Shown: one piece after another, positions 40,113 through 52,228 of the stretch | Numbering within the stretch: the first letter of the stretch is position 1 | Layout of the letters: the number at the start of each line of letters is the position of its first letter | Assembly: GCA_964016885.1 (NCBI GenBank) | Contig: OZ024742.1 | Span: 228,904,001 to 228,968,000, forward strand | From: Eledone cirrhosa | Lineage: Eukaryota | DNA length: 64,000 nucleotides | Reading direction: 5' to 3' | Program-made: the position numbers and the translations under genes | Notes under the pieces: generated by a model | Told to the model about the DNA's origin: nothing | Databases searched by the model: none | The model's input: the letters and a program-made list of their open reading frames with translations, nothing else

Positions 40113-43100
40113 AATCATATGTTTAGAATCGATGAACGAAAGTTTAAATTTATGAGCAAGTTAGGAGATTTATCACATGTTTTGATAATTAGTCTAAAAA
40201 ATAGTGCAAATCAGTTCCGTTAACGGAAAAAGTCTCCTGAATTACTCGGCTGTAACCTCCTTTATTTTGTCCATCTTTAAAATCGTAAGGTACTTGTATC
40301 CATTCTCCTCAATGTCCTTTATCATCTGTCCATTAGGGAGTTCTGTCTCTTTAGTTGCAATCACCTTCCTGTTCTAAATTCAAGAAATACTTTAATCCTT
40401 TTGATACCAAACTGTCCGAATTTGCCCCTCAATATGACTTACAAAACTGTCTATTTAAAAAAATCCTGTATTTATGTGAAGCCTTTCCATCATTATTATA
40501 TGTTAGAACCTTTATTAAGTTATGTTCTAAACATCAGCTCAATAATGTGAAATTTAGTTATATTACCAAAACCCTCTAAATCACTTGAAAACTTTATTTT
40601 CATTTGAAATATGGTAACTAAATCGTTATGTTCCAAATACCAATGAGAAAGATAAGTATATTAAAAAATCCCTCTAACTTATCGAATATTAAAGAATTAA
40701 AGGCAATGTCTTTCATTAGAAATATTTTAACGATGTTAAGTTATGTTACAAATACCAACATAGTAATGAGTATAACCCTCTAAATTCTTGATTATTTGAA
40801 AACCATACGCATTGCCATTAGAAATATGGTAACGAAAGGTTTAATAAACCTATGATTGAATATGATAAAATGCCAACTTAACTACTGGCTGTTAGGTTTG
40901 AACATTGGACCGAAGAAGAGTAGTTCGTTGTTTTATTATACTTAATACTTACATCTTCAACTAATAGGCTACTTTAATTTACTCATCTCAATCAGATTTA
41001 TTGCTTTTCAAGTAACAACTTTATTACTTCGACAGCAATACTTATAGCTTATCATTAAATAATCTACTACTTACTATAGAAATAGAGGCAGCTGGAAGGA
41101 GGAGGAGACCATAAAAAATGAAAAGAAAAAACAATATATATATGTATACACACACACACACGTATATAAGCTCAAACGAAAAACCTCTCATTATTTCTTT
41201 ATATTTTTTTGTTTTGCTAAAGACGCGTAAAAATCAGGTAAGAAAGATTTTAGTTAGAAGTAAGTAATTTCTTCATTTCTGTTTTTGAATTTTCTTCTTT
41301 TGATCTGACTAATCACGTATCAAGAGAAATAATGAACCATCATTTGATACGACGAATTTATTCAATATACAATAACGACAACGATCACAACTACAACAAC
41401 GATAACAGCGATTAATTAATACAAAAGCCATCACTAAGTACAAAGCAATGCGAGTATTTTTTTTTCTTCTTCTGCGTAATTCTATTATACTAACCAGATG
41501 ACCAATATTGTAGTGAACGTCGGAAAGCTTTCATCTATAGTGGATGTTGGGGAATTGATGACTAAACGATACACTCTTTATTGTATGCAGGCGCTTGGGC
41601 TGTTGGTTAAGGTGTCCGCTTCAGAATCGTAAAGTTTTGAAGTCGATTACCGGTGGTACATTGAGTCATTGAGTAAGACACTTTATTTGCGTTTCTCCTG
41701 TTCAGTTAACTGGTAAAAAGGAGTTGTACATGTAATTCCTAGAGTTAGTCTAGTGAACTAAACTGTGTCACACTGAATCTCCATGAAAATTACGTTAAAG
41801 GCACACGCAGTTGTAGAAATCTTAACCGCTAGCACATTAATTTCACGAGTAACTACAGCCGTTGTTTTGAACAACTGTAACGCTCGTCGCTGTAACCGAC
41901 GGAGATCTAAGACACACGTACACATCGTTAAAACAAGCCATGTGTATAATGTATCGAATCATAGAAACACTTGGGTAGAGGTTTCAAATCTACTGAAGGT
42001 ACATATTTTGTTTAAGAAAAAGAAGTTCGAAGATTCGGCAGAATTAATAGAGCGTCCGTAAAATGTCTTTACGATATTTAATCTGGATCTTGACATTCGG
42101 AGTTCGAAACCCGCCAAGGTAAAATTTCCCTTTTATCCTTCCAGGGCCGATACAATAAAGTACCATTCAAGTACTGAGGTTGATATAATCAACTTTGCCC
42201 TTTCACCAAATTTGCTGGCCTTATTTATTTTGCCTCTCATCATTTCGGGGTCAATAAAGAATGTACAAGCCAGTTGATTACATCAACGTCAATAGTCTAT
42301 CGAGTCAATTCAGAATGAAAGATATGGTTGATTTTCGTGGAATTTGAACTCAGAATGTAAATGTACCCAACACTGTAGACAATTTTGTTCTGAAAATATT
42401 TAAGTTTTTATGGTAAAATATTTCCATTACCGACACAATATTCCTGCTGCGAATAAGTATGCAACTTATTAATGATTTAATCCACGTCAGGATGCACCAT
42501 GCCCGAATGGTGAAGGAGTTTGTTTCGCAGTCATTAGGTTCTGGGTCAGGTCTCACAGCTTAGTATGTTGGGAAAATGCCATATATTATAGCGTCGGATC
42601 GACCTATGCCTTGTAAGTGAGGCTGGGTTGACAACAACTGTTTGGAAAACCCGTTAGATTGACTGTACATGTAATTCCAAGGGTCAGCCTTGTCACACCC
42701 GGTGTCACGCTGAATGTCCGTGAAAATTAAGGATATATTTGTCTGTGAAATGCTCAGCTACTTAAATGTTACTTTCATGGAACAATCATCGTTGAAACCA
42801 GCGACAGTCCATTTCAATTCATTAATTATTAATGCTGCTAAAACTCTTTCTAAACTACTTGCAAGGAATATTCTAATGTACAAAAATCACATAGACATTA
42901 AACATTACTCCGACTGAATACTAAAAACCGTATTTTCAATCGCAACATTGTTGGTCCGTTTGTATTCAAAATGAATATGCAAATATCTAATTAGTTAACC
43001 AGTTGCCAATTAAAACAGATAAATACTTTTTTTTTTACTCAACTTCAAATATTTGAACAACGATGTATTGAATAAGATTGAAATAATAGGTACAGGCATG

Positions 43101-43188
43101 ATTGTATGATTAAGAAGTTCATGTCACAACGACGTGGCTTTGGGTTCAATCCTACACACAAACACAAACGACGCTATATATATGTGTG

Positions 43189-43239
<51 letters not shown>

Positions 43240-43601
43240 GAGTTTTTTTTTCAAAAATGAAAACAAACGAGATGTCCTACACGAGTGAAATTATAAGGAA
43301 AAAAGATGAAATCGAAAATGCAACTGGAGTAAGAACAGTGAAACGACGGACACATGTACATTTCCCGCGCGTCAACATTCTACTGGATCCCTTTGTAGTT
43401 TCAATCGATAAAGAGTACTACTTTTTCCAAAGCACTATACCTCCTGAAAATAGAGAGCTATTCGTAATAAAAGAACAGTGATAAAAGAACAAGGATATGA
43501 AACACAACAACGATACAAGTCGCAGTACTTTCGACTCCTTAAGCAGGGGAGCAGGACGAAATATGCACAAATCAATACAGAACAGGATAACACACACACA
43601 G

Positions 43602-43636
<35 letters not shown>

Positions 43637-43658
43637 CACACACACACACATATATATA

Positions 43659-43826
43659 CCGTATTTCCCGACATCGAAGACGCTACTCTTTTCCTAAAAT
43701 AAGTTTCAAAAATCTACTATGCGTTCTGGAGGCCGACGGTTGTTTATTATTTCTTCTCAAATTTGTGGTTGTCAAAATTAGGGTACGTCCTCGAGGACGA
43801 AGCGTCTTCGGCGCCGGGAAATACAG
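43659..43826. mobile_element. MITE of Tc1/mariner (pogo/Tigger-type) origin
   Basis: TIRs CCGTATTTCCCGACATCGAAGACGCT and AGCGTCTTCGGCGCCGGGAAATACAG, flanked by TA on both sides. Confidence 0.8.
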
Positions 43827-43866
43827 TATATATGTATAACATTTTATTACATCAACAATACCTTAA

Positions 43867-43920
43867 CCGAAAACATGTTTCGCTAGAAGGATCTCAGATT
43901 CCCCCAGCCCATCAGTTCGG
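43867..43920 (-). ncRNA. Hammerhead motif with an A9>G core change, followed by an inverted copy of its 3' half (43928-43952)
   Basis: Minus strand reads ccgaa-CTGATGG-gctgggggaa tctgaga tccttctagc-GAAA-catg-TT-ttcgg. Confidence 0.65.
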
Positions 43921-44559
43921 CCGAATTTCCTTCTAGCGAAACATGTTTTTGGATAATGTATTGTGGATATATCCTTCTTGAATGTGACACCTAGACGCCG
44001 TGACAGCTTGCGAGGACCGAGGAAATCTCAAGATATGCCAAACACATTCAACAATGTTGTAGAGATTGGGTTCGAGGTTCTAGACGAAGACTACGTCCAC
44101 CCCTACCAACCCGCACTGGAACAGTGTGGTAGGGTATGACCTACTCACTCCCAATGCTGCATGTCACAACTCAAACATCACCCGTTCCAGTTGGGTTAAC
44201 GGATTTAAATCACTGTCGTAATAAATATTGACCGGGAATTGTCGTAATAAATATTGACTCGGGCATTGTCGGGTACCTCTGCTAGTATGTGACACATTTG
44301 AAAAATCATTTTTGAATCTAATGTAAATAGTAGGTCATATATCTGAAGAAATAAACGAAATAACATCGAAAACTCATAGAAAATACAAAACAAGAGAAGA
44401 AATGCTTAGGGAGATGTGTGTTGGATATCTTCAATTACAATACCTCCGGCATTATAAATTCAATATAAAATATAGATTTAATCACTCAGCCATCAAAGAC
44501 AAGGTCAATAATGAAAATGAAAATACAATGACAGAATTACAACTCTCAACATGGCTACC

Positions 44560-45470
44560 TACAACGTTCGTACACTTTCAGAAGAAAGCCATCTCACTAA
44601 CTTAAATCATGAAATCGCAATAACCACTGGCATGTTCTAGGAATCAACAAGATGCGTAGACTTAGAGAAACAAAATCGTCGAACTCAACAACAAACACAT
44701 CCTCGATAACATGGGAAATGACGGGAAACAGGTAGAGTAGGCTTCTTGGTCCACGAGAGGCTAAGTGGGAACATCAAAATGTTCACCACTACGTCAGACA
44801 TGGCTGCCTCCATAGCCCTCCGATTGTCAAAACGTTACAAGCTGAACATTAACCAAGTATCTTCTCCAAACTCCCTTTCCAACCAGGTGGAACTTGACCA
44901 CATCTACGACGATCTCTATACAGCATGTCAGCAAACCAAAACATAATACATCATCATAATTGTTTCTACTTTTGGCACAAGGCCAGCAATTATCTCAGTG
45001 CATTACTGGTACTTTATTTTATCGACCCCGTGAGGATGAAAGGCAAAGTTAACCTCGGCGAGATTTCAACTCAGATCATAAAGGGACGTAACTCTAATGG
45101 GCGTTTTAAATGCAAAAGTTGAAAAGGAGACGAGGAATGCATGGACTGTATGGAAACTTTGGTCCTGGTGACATCACCGACTTGAAAAACAATATTATTA
45201 AACCACTAATAGCAGCAAAATCGATTCATCGAAAGGCCAGGTGAGTTTTAAGATAAATTGTATTCATCCAACTGTGTGGAACCAGAGCCTAGGGACTGGG
45301 AAACTGAGATTCATTAACAGGTCGCAGGCTTTCTCAAAATCGAAGCCTGTGAAGTTAATCTTGTACTCGAACAATCAAAGAAAGGAAAAGCGCCCGGACA
45401 CGACATTATTACCTTCGATCTCATTGAGGCAGCAGGTGAACTCATCCTCGAGAAACTCATCGGTCTTTAT
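44560..45470 (+). mobile_element. Decayed APE-endonuclease region of an RTE-type LINE, interrupted by a SINE (~44955-45095, minus strand)
   Basis: GRVGFLVHERLSGNIKMF...LRLSKRYKLNINQVSSPNS..ELDHIYDDL resembles GVGFLV...IIQVYAPTS...FY..L. It resumes after the SINE with a GDFNAKV-like remnant. Confidence 0.65.
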
Positions 45471-45484
45471 AATATACACCTATA

Positions 45485-45562
<78 letters not shown>

Positions 45563-46344
45563 CGGAAACAATGAAACGAAATTTTATTTCCCACACTTAG
45601 TACGGCTGTTACTTAAATATAAGTATGTACACGTACATACATATATGTATACATGTACAGTAGTATGTATATATATATATACATACATGCACACATATAT
45701 ATATGTACGTATGGATTCACCGAACATTTATTATAATGCTCGGTGTGTTTGTAAACAAACATCCCGTATTAAGCCGTAGTATCTATATATAATAATAGTA
45801 ATAAATGTAATGTAAAGACTAAAACCAAAGAGGGCTCGATAAGGATACATATATATCAAATATATAAAAAACCCAGAGCAAATATTTATTAAAATAACAG
45901 ATTAAATTTTAAGCAAAGAATCGCTCTTTCACTCTTAACGGGATCTTCTGAAACTAAAAAAAAAAAAAAAAAAAAAAATCAATCTGTGAACGCAGAAGTA
46001 AATAGTTCGAAACACGTTGAAACCGAAGGAAAACAGGAAGACGATACTTTGGTTCGAGAAGACGTTCCCTGGCAATGAACGAAAAAAAACGAAGATAATA
46101 CGACGTTATGTGCAGCGTAGAGAACAATTACACGCAATTTTAATATATATATTGTTATATTTGGGGAGGGTCATATTGTTATAATATTGCCAGAAATAAT
46201 TATTAAACAAACTCACTGCTAGGTCTGGATTGGTTTTCGCTTCTGTATCTTTCATATCTCCATAGTTAATTTATGAGGCAATCAATGTTTATCATTTATT
46301 GACCAACGGTTAAAAATACAGATATAAATATATATATAGTCTAT

Positions 46345-46375
<31 letters not shown>

Positions 46376-46379
<4 letters not shown>

Positions 46380-46630
46380 TGTATATATATAGTGTATTTT
46401 GCAATACATTGTATGCTTAATTAAAAGCATTTTGAAGACCTTACGCTATTGTTTTAATGTAGCGACAATGTCACTTACTTCAATTTTCAGCAAACAGGGG
46501 AGATAAGCTGACAGAGCTCTCATTCGTACTTCTTGGTACTTATCAAAGCTCACCGCTCCTCCTGTTTGCCGAAAATTATGAATGTTGGATTCTTATAGAA
46601 TTCTAGTAATAATCAGGAACTGATTATACA
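46376..46630 (-). mobile_element. Single diverged relative of the 310-bp HHR unit, between TA runs
   Basis: Shares the ordered motifs TGTATG.TT, CATTTTGAAGACCT, CGCTAT, GTCAC, CTTATAGAAT and CAGGAACTG with the 310-bp unit. HHR-like agct-TTGATAA-gtac caagaa gtac-GAAT-gagagctctg-TC-agct at 46505-46550. Confidence 0.7.
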
Positions 46631-46677
46631 GATATATATATATGATTATATATATATGATTATATATATATGTCTGT

Positions 46678-46727
<50 letters not shown>

Positions 46728-46836
46728 GTGTGTGTGTATATATATATGTGTGTATATATATATGTGTGTCTGTGTATGTATATGTGTGTGTGTGTATATA
46801 TGTGTGTGTGTATGTGAGTGTGTATATATATATATA

Positions 46837-46877
<41 letters not shown>

Positions 46878-46945
46878 TGTTCTTAGCTACCACATCATGA
46901 CGTATATCATCAGTATTGTATCCATACTATTCGTTAGGATATAAT

Positions 46946-47136
46946 TGTTTCTTCTATTGGCACAAGGCCAGCAATTACTCCAGTACATCACTGGTACTTT
47001 ATTTTATCGACCCCGTAAGGATGAAAGGCAAAGTTAACCTCGGCGGGATTTGAACTCAGACCATAAAGGGGCGTAATTCTATGCTGCAAAGCATGGCGTC
47101 CGACCTTCTACTGATACTGCCAATCTCCTGCCCTTC
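46946..47136 (-). mobile_element. SINE with 9-bp TSD inserted in one arm of an inverted-repeat element (~46918-47370)
   Basis: TSD GGATATAAT at 46937-46945 and 47137-47145. Removing the SINE restores an arm complementary to about 47308-47370. Confidence 0.8.
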
Positions 47137-47619
47137 GGATATAATAGTGTTGGGTGGTAATACAAAAATGTTTCATACAGTTCCAGCTAACAAGCCGAAA
47201 TTTCCGTGTGATCTTAGTGCTGCTGAATGCTGAATCCTTGGAAATCCTTTACGCCAACGAACGAACCTTAAACAAAATAGTCTGAGGCAATTTCTCCTTG
47301 TAAGCATAAACTGTATAAAACATTTTTGTATTACCGCTCAACACTATATCCTAACGGACAGTATAGACATTATGCCGATGATATACGTTACGATGTGGCA
47401 GTTAAGCACAATCTAACTTTATACTCAATTTATATATATATTTTTTTTTTTTGAAAAGAGAGTAAGGCTCTATTGAAAACAGGGATTATAGAGAAAAAGT
47501 GGAATTGGAAATAGCACCGAAAATATATTTAAGGATCTGTTTTTCTTTTTTCTTATTTGATTCGTCAAAGTGACATTATTGAAAAAAATTGAAGAAAAGG
47601 AGTTTTATAATGTATATAA

Positions 47620-47667
47620 AATATAACCGGTTTCGATGTATCAGTGTAAACCATCTTATCAAATGTT
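47620..47667 (-). ncRNA. Hammerhead ribozyme motif, U3-A8 core variant
   Basis: Minus strand reads aacat-TTGATAA-gatg gtttacactgata catc-GAAA-ccgg-TT-atatt. Confidence 0.7.
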
Positions 47668-50149
47668 GAATATTACAATTAAAAATAATTTAAAATAATT
47701 AAAAATGATAAAATTTAAAATTGAGTGTTGAAAAGGTCTGTTCATCTTTCTTGTTGCGAAGAAAGATGAATAGACCTTTCTACGATTTTATTCAATCCTG
47801 CCCAAATTTGATTTACCCTAAGGGGTCTATATCGATTACTTTGAGATGCCCTGGTCAAGGGGATCATTAAGACAGAACTTATCTTGGCCTCAAGCGATGT
47901 TAAACGACTGACACTACAAAACGTCCCTCACAAGTCCGTTGCAAGTTTACCACCTGTTCGCTGTTGCTGGTACTCATTATTCCACGCGAATGGCAACGTG
48001 AAATCAAATGCCTTGTTCAAGGATACCACTAGTCGTCTGGTCAAGGATACCACTAGTCGTCTGGTCTGGTCTGGAAATTGAAGTCACAATCTTATAACCA
48101 TGAGACCAACACCTTAACAACTAAACCACAGCCTTCACAAAATTTATATAATGAATTGATAACAATTAAATATTTTTAGAATATTGTATATATATGAAAA
48201 CCTGTTCCATCATAAAACTGCATTGATTGAAATTAAGTGTAAATAAGAAAAAAAGAACAAAAAAAAAATAAAAACAAAATAATAATAAAAAAACGAAAAA
48301 AACAAACAAACAAAAAACAAACAAACAAGCACATGCATAAAATCAAAATACCTAAATAAACAAACAAGTTGAGATCTATATTCCGATTGATTTTGCTACA
48401 CAAAAGATGACTTTATACGAAAAATGTTTCATATCTTTGTAATTGTCCAATAAAATCGTGATTTAAACAAATGTTAAACAATCACTTCGGTTCTATAAAC
48501 AAATTAAAGTTTGTGAACTAAGAAATCTATATTTTAAGCTTACACCATTATCTAGAAAACAATAACACTTTACATTATGGGATTTTGTTATCGTTGCAGT
48601 TGTTTGCTGTTCAAAGCTGTGTGAGAAAGTTCGATGTAAGAAATGCAATGAAACGAAAATGATTACGAGGTAACAGAATGTCAAATGAACTTAAAACGGG
48701 AGACATTTTATTATTGGTTTAGCTTATAGTATTGAACACTCTATTAACATAAACAGAGATAGGTGTAGATAGATAGATGGAAAGGTAGCGAGGTAGACAT
48801 GTGCAAAAGTGGGTTGGTAGGCAGAATGACAGAAAAATAGATAAGGAGAAAGATAGGTAGGGAGCTATTAATATAGAAAACTGGGTAGGTAGGAAGGCAT
48901 GCAGAAAGAAGATGGAGAGAAAGATAGGTAGATAGGTAGATAGATATATTGCTAGATAGAGGGAGTGTAGATAAATATATAGATGAATAGGTAGGTGGAT
49001 ATAAGGATAGATAGATTGCTATATGGATAAGTAGATTGCTATATAGATATATAAGTAAAATGATACATAGATATGATAGAAATATAAATAGCTATATCGA
49101 TAGATAGAAAGATAGATACACAGATAGGTATATAGATAGAAAAAACTAGAGATCAATAGATCTATGGACAGATAGATAGATACAGAATGAGACTATATCA
49201 TAACACTATAGTGATTATTTCAAAAAGCCACAAACATTTTCATCACACAAACAAATCTTAGGCTTTTGACCATACATTTTTTACTTTTATTTTTAACTAA
49301 ACAATTCATATTCACAAGTTAACTGAACATCAGTAAAATACAATTCATTAACAGGAAAGAAAACAAAGAACGGAGTTGTATCTCATAAACGTGGTCCATT
49401 GAACAGCTAGTATGTAAAATAAATAAACTGATTCAGCCATTGAAACATAATAGAAAACAATTTGTTTTCATTGTTTCTTAGATTTTTTATTATTTTTTTG
49501 TTCTTAATTTTCATTTTCCGAATGACAGACAGAAATAGGCTAACGTCACTTACACGTTTATTGGTTTGAAGTGAATTTACATTTTCCATTAAAAATAAAC
49601 TAAAATGAAATAAAAGACATTCAGTGTTACTCAACAAACACTTCCGAACATTTCTTCTTCAAAATGACCAACTCTCATTTTGAAGTTGGAATTTTCATAG
49701 GAGTTGCATTTTTCATTTTTTTCTTTCCATTATTGCCCATGTGGCCTATCAGAGAAAAAAAAAACTTATTTAGCTTTAGGTATTTAGCTCTCTGCACCAG
49801 GAGGATTGAATGTCTTATTTAATTGTAAATATTATTTGTACGCCTGGCATCATGAATCTTGCCAGGCGCCCACAACACTTTACAAAATGGACAATGCGAT
49901 ATGCGACCAAAAACCACCTTTTGCTTTCTGTAGAGACTTAGTAGAAGGTATGATTAACCATGATCTGGCAGCATTTCTGGGCGTTAATGAGGGCAGTCTG
50001 AACAGGCTCTTCTGGGGGATTTTTAGTTCGAGGATTATGAGCAATTTCCAAATACTTTTGGCCTGGTAAAGCTACAAATGGGCACTACCAGTTTAGGGCA
50101 AGTTCTACAAACATGGAAATGCGAACACTCAGACATGTTCAAGATGTTC

Positions 50150-50690
50150 GCAAGGTGAAGAAACAAGTGTGTTTGTGTCTAACAAAGAAGGTTAGGCAGT
50201 TTTTATCTGCCTGGTGGCCATGGTGAAAAAGATCGTATGGCGGATGTGTCTGAAAGGGTTGAAAACGTGCACTTTCCTCTTCGATGATGCTCTCATTAAC
50301 TTTTTCAGGTTTCACCTGAAAAGGAAAATAAGGGCAAAGAGGCAAGTGCTGCTTTCCAGCCAGTTTGTTGAAAGGTAGGTGAGAGAGGTAAGAATGGCCT
50401 GTGTGAGTGGACCTGCGCTGGGTGTGTGCCTATAGTATTGAAGGAGGGAAACTGGGAGAGGGCGCTTGCCTTAGTGGTCAGGGGTACAGTGGCTTTTGTA
50501 GGCTTTCTCTGTGAGTAAACCTTAGAGTCTCCTCATCTTTGGGGAATTTGTTATGCTTGTTTTTTAAACGTATATTTTCTTAATGTCTGTTATGAATTTT
50601 ATTTTACACAACAAAAAAATCCACAGTTTCGTCTTGTACCGTCTTCAATGTTTATTTAACGTGAGCCCTGTGTGGCTAATAAAGAAAGCA
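50150..50690 (+). mobile_element. Unclassified dispersed repeat; diverged second copy at ~53040-53530
   Basis: The two copies share GTTTTTATCTG, TCTGAAAGGGTTGAA.AC..GCACTTTCCTCTT, TTCCAGC.AGTTTGTTGAAA and an end at CCCT.TGTGG..AATAAAGAAA followed by (TTA)n. Confidence 0.65.
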
Positions 50691-50715
50691 TTGTTATTAT
50701 TATTGTTGTTGTTAA

Positions 50716-51362
50716 GGGCGGTGGGTTGGCAGAATCGGTAGAGCGTCGGACAACATGCTTTACAGCATAGAGTTATGGCCCTTTACGGTCTAAGTTCAAA
50801 TCCCGCCGAAGTTAACTTTGCTTTTCATCCTTATGGGGTCGATAAAATAAAGTACCAGTAACGCACTGGGGTCGATTTAATCGACTTTCCCCTCCCCTAA
50901 AATTGTTGGCCTTGTGCCTAAATCAGAAACTATTATTATTGTCGTCGGTGGATTGGCAGTATCGGTAGAGGGTCGGACGTCATGCTTTGACGCATAGAGT
51001 TACGGCCCTTTATGATCTGAGTTCAAATCCCGTCGAGGTTAACTTTGCCTTTCATCCTTACGGGGTCGATAAAATAAAGTACCAGTAATGTACTGGGTAA
51101 TTTGCTGGCCTTGTGCCTAAAGTAGAAACAATTATTATTGTTGTCGTCGTTATTAGTAGTGATAGTAGTAATATAATTGTTTCTACGTTAGGCACAAGGC
51201 CAGCAAATTACCCAGTGCATTACTGGTACTTTATTTTATCGACCCCGTAAGGATGAAAGGCAAAGTCAACCTCGGCGGGATTTGAACTCAGACTGTAAAG
51301 GGACGTAACTATGCTAGAAAACATGGCGTCCGACCCTCTACCGATACTGCCAATCCACCGCC
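50716..51362. mobile_element. Cluster of three young Meta-core-like SINEs (+ 50716-50935, + 50945-51135, - 51179-51364)
   Basis: Near-consensus copies; the third has a 14-bp TSD GTAGTAATATAATT (51165-51178 and 51365-51378). Confidence 0.88.
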
Positions 51363-51743
51363 ATGTAGTAATATAATTCCCTTATGTATGTATTCTGTAT
51401 GTAGTCTTTTTCAGTAAAGCACAGATCGTGACTGACAAGCAGAAGTATTTGAAAACTAATCCGTGTCAGTGATTGTTTTCTTTGTTTGTAAGTTTATTCT
51501 TTCCTTTTTACTTTATTGTTGTTACTTTTTTCGTCGCTTTACGATAAATTTAACTTTATTGCCTACTAAAAATAAGTTACTAGAAGAAGGAGGGGAGAAA
51601 GAGGGGAGACGAAGTCGATGTAGATGAAGGGGGACGTGGTGTGGATGGAAAAAGGGTTTACTACGGTGAGTGCGTGGTGGAGATAAAGACATCTAAATCT
51701 GAAAGCAAAAACGATAAAATTAAAGATATATAAACGTGTGTGC

Positions 51744-51778
<35 letters not shown>

Positions 51779-52100
51779 TGTGCCCGTCCGGGGTTCAATC
51801 GGGGTTAACCACCGTCAGTAAAGTACTCAATAGATTAGTAGTGTGTATACAACAAATTTAATATAGAAATGGCTTCTACAAGACTAGAACTGTTTGATTC
51901 GAAAGAAAAAATTAGGAAAAGCCTATGATGATTTATTTCGGATCAAACAGTTTTAGTGACGTAGAAGCCATTTCTACATTAAATTTGTTATATCTTTATA
52001 TATATATATATATACACACACACATATATATATTTATCAGCTTTCAAAACGCGAAGACACTTTTTTGAATTTTCCTAATGCATCATAATCGAAAGCAATG

Positions 52101-52228
<128 letters not shown>

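Noticed and set aside
48760-49190. Purine-rich asymmetric tract
   Set aside because: A decayed (GATA)n/(GGTA)n microsatellite.
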